A stretch of DNA of 63,097 nt, counting the filler, from Saprolegnia diclina VS20 (taxonomy: Eukaryota): NCBI RefSeq assembly GCF_000281045.1. It is 4 parts of 2 records of this genome, joined end to end, with 100 filler letters (N's around TTAATTAATTAA, not from the genome) between each part and the next. Parts side by side here need not be neighbours in the genome. Positions count along the whole stretch, not along the records: positions 43,884 to 60,841 come from NW_008246069.1; positions 60,942 to 63,097 come from NW_008246069.1; 2 more parts are not named here. One strand, given 5' to 3'. Positions 57,442 to 63,097 of this stretch are shown here, in pieces. The notes under the pieces are model-generated. The model was not told where the DNA came from and made no database searches. It saw only the letters and a program-made list of their open reading frames with translations. Made by a program: the position numbers and the translations under genes. The stretch's first letter is position 1. Each line of letters opens with the position of its first letter.

Positions 57442-58059
57442 ATGCATCACGTATATATCTACGGCCCACGGACGGCGCCGCCGCCGTCGGCCACGTGCTT
57501 TAACGTCACGTCCAAGTCCAAGGTGCCCTGGACACGAGCGTTCTCGCCCTTCCTCCTCGGTCCGGTCGACGTCACGCCGTTTCCCGAGACGACGCTGCGT
57601 GCGTCCTGCGTCGAGAATGCGTGGCAGTATACCAAGCTCTACAAGTGCCACGGCGACGACGTCGACGCGTACTGGGCGTGGGCGACCGATGGGTTTGCGA
57701 ACCCTCAAGCAGTTCGGTTTCCGATGGGGCGTGGCGCCAAGCCGCTCTTTTCCTACTGGCACGGCGAGCCGCTTGGGTACATTGAAGCGCGCTATCGCAT
57801 TTACGCCCCGCTGTACGCGCAAGCTGTCGAGACGTACGCTGCGACCGAGCTCGCTCAGCTCCGTGAGGCGCTGCGTCACGGCGACATTGCCCTTTTCGAC
57901 TATGACGGGTACCGCCACGATACCCGTGGTCTCTCGCTCGACGACGTCTTGTACAACCCAAAGCGAAAGATGGGACATGCGTTTGTATTGGCCATGATGC
58001 TCACAGATCAGCGCGTGTGGGAGCGCGAGGCTTTTGACCCGAAAAAGATCCGCGAGTAG
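57442..58059 (+). CDS. NADAR-related (DUF6939-like) protein, intronless
   Basis: NVTSKS...FSPFLLGP...VENAWQYTKLY...RFPMGRGAKPLFSYW..LGYIEARYRIYAPLY...LFDYD...GHAFVL, recalled as a phage/giant-virus-type NADAR-related pattern. Confidence 0.6.
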   Translation: MHHVYIYGPRTAPPPSATCFNVTSKSKVPWTRAFSPFLLGPVDVTPFPETTLRASCVENAWQYTKLYKCHGDDVDAYWAWATDGFANPQAVRFPMGRGAKPLFSYWHGEPLGYIEARYRIYAPLYAQAVETYAATELAQLREALRHGDIALFDYDGYRHDTRGLSLDDVLYNPKRKMGHAFVLAMMLTDQRVWEREAFDPKKIRE

Positions 58060-58284
58060 GCAACAACGCTGTCGTCGACAAGAATACGTAGAATATTGTA
58101 TGCATCTAGTCCAGAGATCTCAACCAGTCGAGATTGACGTTATAAGCACAGAGAGCACTTGCCACAACGCCTCTGAATGAGTCGCTCGTGGTTGAGACCA
58201 AGGACAGGACTAAAATAGTAGACTATATAATATGCAATGCAATGTTGGATCTTGAAGGTAACAAATGAAACGCAGGGAGACGTG

Positions 58285-60841
58285 CTAGAGCGCAGGCTTG
58301 GTCTCGGGCATGGCCTTGGCCGCGGCCGCGGTCGCGTGAATACACAAGTTGAGTTTCTCGGCTTGTTGCGAGAGGTCGTCGTCGTCGTTGGTCTCGGGCA
58401 CTTGGCCGAGGAAGACGGTGGCTTCAATGTCCTTGTGACGGTCCCGCAAGTACGCAAGCTCGCGCGGGACGTCGGGCACGGCCGCGGCCACGGCCGACTT
58501 CATCAAGATACACACGTGCTCGGCGATAAGAAAGATGATCCACTTTGCTGTCGTCGACGTGTTGCTCGTAAACTTGTCGTCCGGGTCTTTTGTGAACAAA
58601 ATGATGCCAATGTTGGTCACGACCGCCATGTAGTTCATAAGACACAGAAAGTAATACCTAGCCACAATGAACATATATACAGTATATGTCCTCTCAGCGC
58701 TGACACGTACCACGAGCCAATGCTGGCGACGCGGTGCGGGTACGGACGTCGATGGCCCTTGCAGAGCTTGTAGGCGTCTACGTGCGCTTCCAAAACGTTG
58801 TTGAAGAGCGCCATCGCTGGCGTGATCGGCATGGCCACCACAAACAGCGTCACAAAACCATACTGAATCACCATCTCGTTGTAGTCGGCGAACGCGTCGT
58901 CTTCTTCGTACGGCGCCCAGAGCGCTTGGATCTCTTCGTCCGAGAGATCGCTGCGCTTGAGATTCTTGGTCGCCGGCGTCCGCGCGAGGAAGCGGTAAAC
59001 GTAGGCCCACACAAACGGCATTGCGATCTCGAGAGCGTTGCTGACGATCGTCGAGAGAAGGAAGAGCACGAAGAGCTGGACGCGGAGCTCGATGAGGCAG
59101 CTGTTGTTCAAGCACACGTCGCCGATGTACGCTTTGATGTAGGCGATGTAGAAGAAGGACGCAAATGAGTTGCAGAACTGGAAGAGGAACACCTTGGTGA
59201 TCAAATGGTTCTCAAACTGAACGCTCGTCCGGTGGTTCTCCCAGTGGTTGAGTTTTTCCGCCACACGTCGGTAGACCTGTGGATGTTAATGATATTTGGA
59301 TACTTGGATACTTGGATACTTGGATACCATATTGAGAATGTTGATTTGGATCGAGTTGAGAACGCTGACGCCCACCGATGCCCATTGCGCGTCGGTCGGG
59401 TCCGAGAGCTTGGTCGCGAGGTGCTTTAGGTAAAAGAGCCCGCCAAGCGCGACCAGCACCGCGAGGACCATGATGAGCACGACGAGGTACGAGACCATGC
59501 GCCGACGCCGAGCCCTACACACTTTGTTCTCAGACCATTGCGATAGTTTCATAAGGACGTACGTGGCGGTGGCCATGTCCCAAATCTGCGGCGAGTTGTC
59601 GATGGGATTCATGCGGCGCACTCCCTTGTACTGCGTGCGCGGCGTCGAGTCAATGTCGAGACTCTCGTCGACGCCCCAAAGTACCGTGTAAATTTCGGAT
59701 TTGCGCTTCCAAAATTCCGTAAAAAACGTCGACCAGACCACGATAAACCCCGCGAAAAAGATCTTGCCAGCAGCGACGTTGCCAATGTTGCGGATGTCTA
59801 GAACGTAGATAATGATGCCAATCACCGCTGGCAAGAGGAGGCTCTTGGTGTAAAACTCGAGCCACGCAAAGTAGAGCGCGATCTTCTCGCCAAAGTAGTT
59901 GCGCAGTTCACCGAGCGGCTGCCGCGTGAGCCGCCAGTTTGTCGCCCAGCTCTTTGTCAAGTGCTGGAGCGCTGCCTCGTCGTGCAAGGCAAAGAGGTCG
60001 GTGAAGTACGTGGCGCCCTTGAGCGCGTCAAAGTTGATGTGTTCGGCCAAGATGGAGTGCACGAGGCGGATACGGTCCACAGATCGAAACAGCGTGTCTT
60101 CCTAACATAAGAACATGTCACAGACGAATCAACAAAATAAGATCGTTAACGTACACTGGTGCCCGTTGCCGATGCTGGGTGGTGTCGGTAGTACGGCTGC
60201 AACTTGGCGTCGCTCTTGAACGCCGTATAGAGCCCAAAGTAGTTGTACGGATCGCGCGGGACATAAATGAGCTCGTTTCGGAAGCGCTGCCATGCTGACG
60301 TGTGCAGTGACTCTATACACGGCTCATGAGTGCCCAATAGAGAGATAGACAGAAAGATGGATAGATGGATAGATGGCTTGATAGATAGATAGATGTGCGT
60401 ACCGGGAGGGGTCGCGGGGGGCGGGAAGAGTCCGTCGGCCGCTTCGTTGTGGCCCCACATTACAAGGGCTTTGTGGAGCTTGACTTGGTACTCGGCTCCG
60501 CGCGAGATGAGCCACGGGTCCATCTCGGGCTCGTCGTCGCCGAGGCTTTCAGCACGCGTCAGGGGTGCCGTCGGTTGCTCTTCATTCTTGCTCGAGATGC
60601 CCTTGGTGTGCCCACGCGTTGTGCTATGCGCATATCAGCTATAGGTTCTTAGAGTTGCTGGGTACAGCAAGTGGGCTTTTGCCTCGTGGAGCACATTGTC
60701 CTCGTCGGGGGATGCAGCCGCGATGCGTGCGAGCTTGGCGGCGTGGACGCTGCTAAAGGGCTTGTTGGAGGTCTGGAGACGGTACTTGGTGCGCTCGGCC
60801 TGAATACGCAAGTCGCCTTCGTCGGCTTGAATCAACACCAG
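58285..60841 (-). CDS. Anoctamin/TMEM16 family protein; 5' end lost in gap; multi-exon
   Basis: QPLGELRNYFGEKIALYFAWL, EFWKR, WENHRT...KVFLFQFCN, DYNEMVIQYGFVTLF, NNVLEAHVDAYKL, RRPYP...IGSW, EHV. Confidence 0.93.
59296..59327. repeat. (TTGGATAC)4 tandem repeat at an anoctamin intron 5' end
   Basis: Four exact 8-mers; on the gene strand they read (GTATCCAA)4 starting at the splice donor. Confidence 0.9.
60338..60394. repeat. Compound GATA/GATG microsatellite in an anoctamin intron
   Basis: tagagagatagacagaaagatggatagatggatagatggcttgatagatagatagat. Confidence 0.85.
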
Positions 60842-60941
60842 NNNNNNNNNNNNNNNNNNNNNNNNNNNNNNNNNNNNNNNNNNNNTTAATTAATTAANNN
60901 NNNNNNNNNNNNNNNNNNNNNNNNNNNNNNNNNNNNNNNNN

Positions 60942-61708
60942 ATATCTCGCTAGGTTACAAGCTTTTGGCAGATTATGTCAACCAGCTCCTCGCCAGCACG
61001 GGACGCCAGTGGACGGAAGCCAACGCCAAGAGTCGCTACGAGTCGTACATGAAAAGCTACCAAAAAGCCCGCGACGTCAACACACTGGCCCTGCGGGGCA
61101 TTGGTCTCACAGATCGGGACCGCGCCAAGGGTTACATTGGATTGATCATGAGGCGATCTAAAATGATATAGGCATTACGACGATGGCTGAAAAGCTCGAG
61201 TCGATTTGTGCCAACTTCACACTCCTCCACCATCTTTTTGCGCCGCCCGAGTCTGTCAGCAGCACCACCTCGCACAACAGCCGCGCTCAATCGAACACCC
61301 GCGGGGCCGACAAAGACCACAGCGGCTACGAAGATGACGAGGACGATGACAAAGTCGATGACGACGAAGAGACAGCTTTCAATCTCGGACCCGGCGACGA
61401 TCGGTAGATCGATTTTCACCGCGTTCACAAACGCTTCACGCAAGCGTAAGAGCGACCAGCTCCCGTCGACGCTTTTGTCTCGACCCGTAAAAGCGCCCAA
61501 GAACGACGTCGCTGCAATGATTACGGCGACGCAGACCGCCGAGATGGACGTGGCGAAAGGCAAGCTGGCACTAGCGCGCGACGAGATGGAGTACCGTCGC
61601 ACCAATGATGAGCGCAATCGCAAGACGCAAATCGTCCTCAAGCTCATCGAGCTTGGCAAGGCACCGGACGAAATTAAACCCTACTTGGCGCTTTTGAACG
61701 ACATGTAA
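60942..61708 (+). mobile_element. Transposon-type (PIF/Harbinger-like) Myb/SANT ORF, 5'-truncated by gap, apparently frameshifted
   Basis: ADYVNQ...WTEANAKSRYESYMKSYQKA...GIGLTDRDRAKG/intron 61131-61171/ITTMAEKLESICANFTLLHHLF; the acidic linker stops at 61407 while the coiled-coil tail (...LIELGKAPDEIKPYL) is in another frame. Confidence 0.5.
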
Positions 61709-61818
61709 TTCCAATGCCAACGTTGACCCTAACCCTTCCGCGATGGTTTCGGTTAAGGCGCAAGTAAAAATGACCATTAATATGTCAATTCACTTGGTTC
61801 ATGAGGCGTCTCTCCTCG

Positions 61819-61889
61819 CAAGCGGTCGACCCTGTTGTCGACCGCTTGTGTCGGTCCTTTGCGAGACTAGCAATCTAATTGCTAGTCTC
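61819..61889. repeat. Two adjacent perfect 12-bp hairpins
   Basis: CAAGCGGTCGAC-cctgtt-GTCGACCGCTTG (61819-61848) and GAGACTAGCAAT-cta-ATTGCTAGTCTC (61863-61889). Confidence 0.85.
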
Positions 61890-62155
61890 TACGTATGCGA
61901 AGTCTTTGTGTAACTATGAAGATAACGCGAAACACGTTCATATATAATTCACTTGGTTCCGAGTGCTGCTTTACTACGCCTTGTCGCTTGTGTGCAATGG
62001 CGCTGGTTCAAGCGCACTTTGTTATATATATATAATACCAAATGGCCACCAACGAACGATTGCACAGGTCGTTGGGAGCTTGGAACCGATACGCATTTAC
62101 TAGTCGGACGACGAAGAAGAATTAGAATTGGGGTTAATATACTGCTCGTGTGGGT

Positions 62156-63097
62156 TTAGTGCTTGGCGCGAATGCGCAGGTAGAGCGCGGCGATGCCGAC
62201 GAGGCGGAAGACGGCGTTGATCCAAATCAAAAACGCAGCGTCGCCACCCATCGAGCCTTTGTCGAGCGCGAGGTTGCGGAGGACGTCGTCGCCGTTGCGG
62301 GCGTTGCACACGGCGCCGGGGGGGCACGGGATGTCGGTGATCGTGTTCCAGAACGCACGGCTCGCGCCGCGGAAGCCGTACTTGAGCGGCGAGAGGAATT
62401 CGAGCCACGTAAAGTAGACCGGGATCATGTCGGCGTTGAGGAAGAGACCGCCAAACATGAGAAACGGAAGGATCGTGAGGATGCCGATGATGGGTGTGAG
62501 CTCGGCGCGACCAGCGACGCACGACACCATGTAGCCGAGACCAATCGCCGCGCTCTGCGTGAGCGCGAGGAAGAGGTACATGGTGAAGAAGAGCGTCGCG
62601 TTCGAGGCGCCAAAGCCGACCATAAAGTAGAGTGGAATAAAGAAAACCATCGGGTAGAAGAACTGGAACCCGAGCTCCGAGAGGTTCTTGGCCAAGTACC
62701 AGACCCACGAGTGGTACAAGCCGCTGTGGTACTCGCGCGACATGATGGGCATCTCGAGTGGCACCGAAATGAACTCGGGGTTGGCCGCCGACATGAACTG
62801 GTCCACGACGATGAAGAAGATGGCACCCGTGAACGACTGGACGCCCGCCTGCGTGAGCTCGAGCTGAAAAAAAATGAGGCCGACAAAGAGCGAAATGATG
62901 ATGCTCTGCGCGAGGCGTGCGTTGAACGTCATCTTGTCACGAAGCAGCCGCGTGAAGTTGCGCTTGATGAGCACGCGGAGCTGCCCGGACGGCCCGAGGT
63001 GCGTCGACTCGTACACCGTGTCGTCGTTGACGCTCGAGCTCGAGCTCACGTCGTTCTGGGCGTCGATATCGGCCGCCTTTTGCTTGGCGTGCCAGTT
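62156..63097 (-). CDS. ABCG-family transporter, ABC-2 membrane domain (3' part; continues beyond the window)
   Basis: QLRVLIKRNF..LLRD...ARL, GLIFFQL, E.PIMSREYHSGLY, YLAKNLSEL, FGGLFLNADMIPVYFTWLEFLSPLKYGF. Confidence 0.92.
   Translation of the reverse strand, partial: NWHAKQKAADIDAQNDVSSSSSVNDDTVYESTHLGPSGQLRVLIKRNFTRLLRDKMTFNARLAQSIIISLFVGLIFFQLELTQAGVQSFTGAIFFIVVDQFMSAANPEFISVPLEMPIMSREYHSGLYHSWVWYLAKNLSELGFQFFYPMVFFIPLYFMVGFGASNATLFFTMYLFLALTQSAAIGLGYMVSCVAGRAELTPIIGILTILPFLMFGGLFLNADMIPVYFTWLEFLSPLKYGFRGASRAFWNTITDIPCPPGAVCNARNGDDVLRNLALDKGSMGGDAAFLIWINAVFRLVGIAALYLRIRAKH

Noticed and set aside
61726..61736. Telomere-like ACCCTAACCC (also near 2575 and 56068)
   Set aside because: Fewer than two units each; no array and no evidence of a template RNA.
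1..63097. CRISPR array or rRNA genes
   Set aside because: No regularly spaced repeat-spacer structure or rRNA-like sequence seen; the DNA is intron-containing eukaryotic sequence.

Overview
Gene-dense, GC-rich eukaryotic DNA with very short (about 40-50 nt) GT-AG introns, oomycete-type core promoter motifs and gene families typical of Saprolegniales water moulds (Saprolegnia-like; inferred from the sequence only). It is a draft assembly with 6 N-gaps, three of them 100-nt placeholders carrying an artificial TTAATTAATTAA linker, so adjacency across those three is unproven. About 27 genes or gene relics are recognisable: a Dabb-type barrel protein, a CocE/NonD hydrolase, a small HEPN/DUF4145-like protein, a CDP-diacylglycerol synthase, two paralogous Cys/His-rich putative DNA-binding proteins, an AT3-SGNH acyltransferase, a Uma2-like nuclease-fold protein, a convergent ankyrin-like pair (one copy has a premature stop), a saccharopine-dehydrogenase-like oxidoreductase, a PP2C, two tandem CitE/malyl-CoA-lyase-like genes, a frameshifted large TM-protein gene, a secreted and probably GPI-anchored GMC oxidoreductase, a GON4L-like Myb protein, three ankyrin-DUF4246 paralogues, a BTB pseudogene, START/FYVE-like, F-box-SPRY, IQ-RCC1, multi-TM and RBR-like genes, a NADAR-like gene, an anoctamin, a transposon-type Myb/SANT ORF and an ABCG transporter. 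The most notable observations are a HEPN-motif protein with both N-myristoylation and CaaX signals, a complete tRNA-derived SINE with a 16-bp target-site duplication, a nearby 26-bp perfect foldback, an ankyrin + apparently catalytically dead DUF4246 cluster, and an intronless NADAR-like gene head-to-head with an RBR-like ligase. Domain calls rest on motifs recognised by eye, not on database searches.
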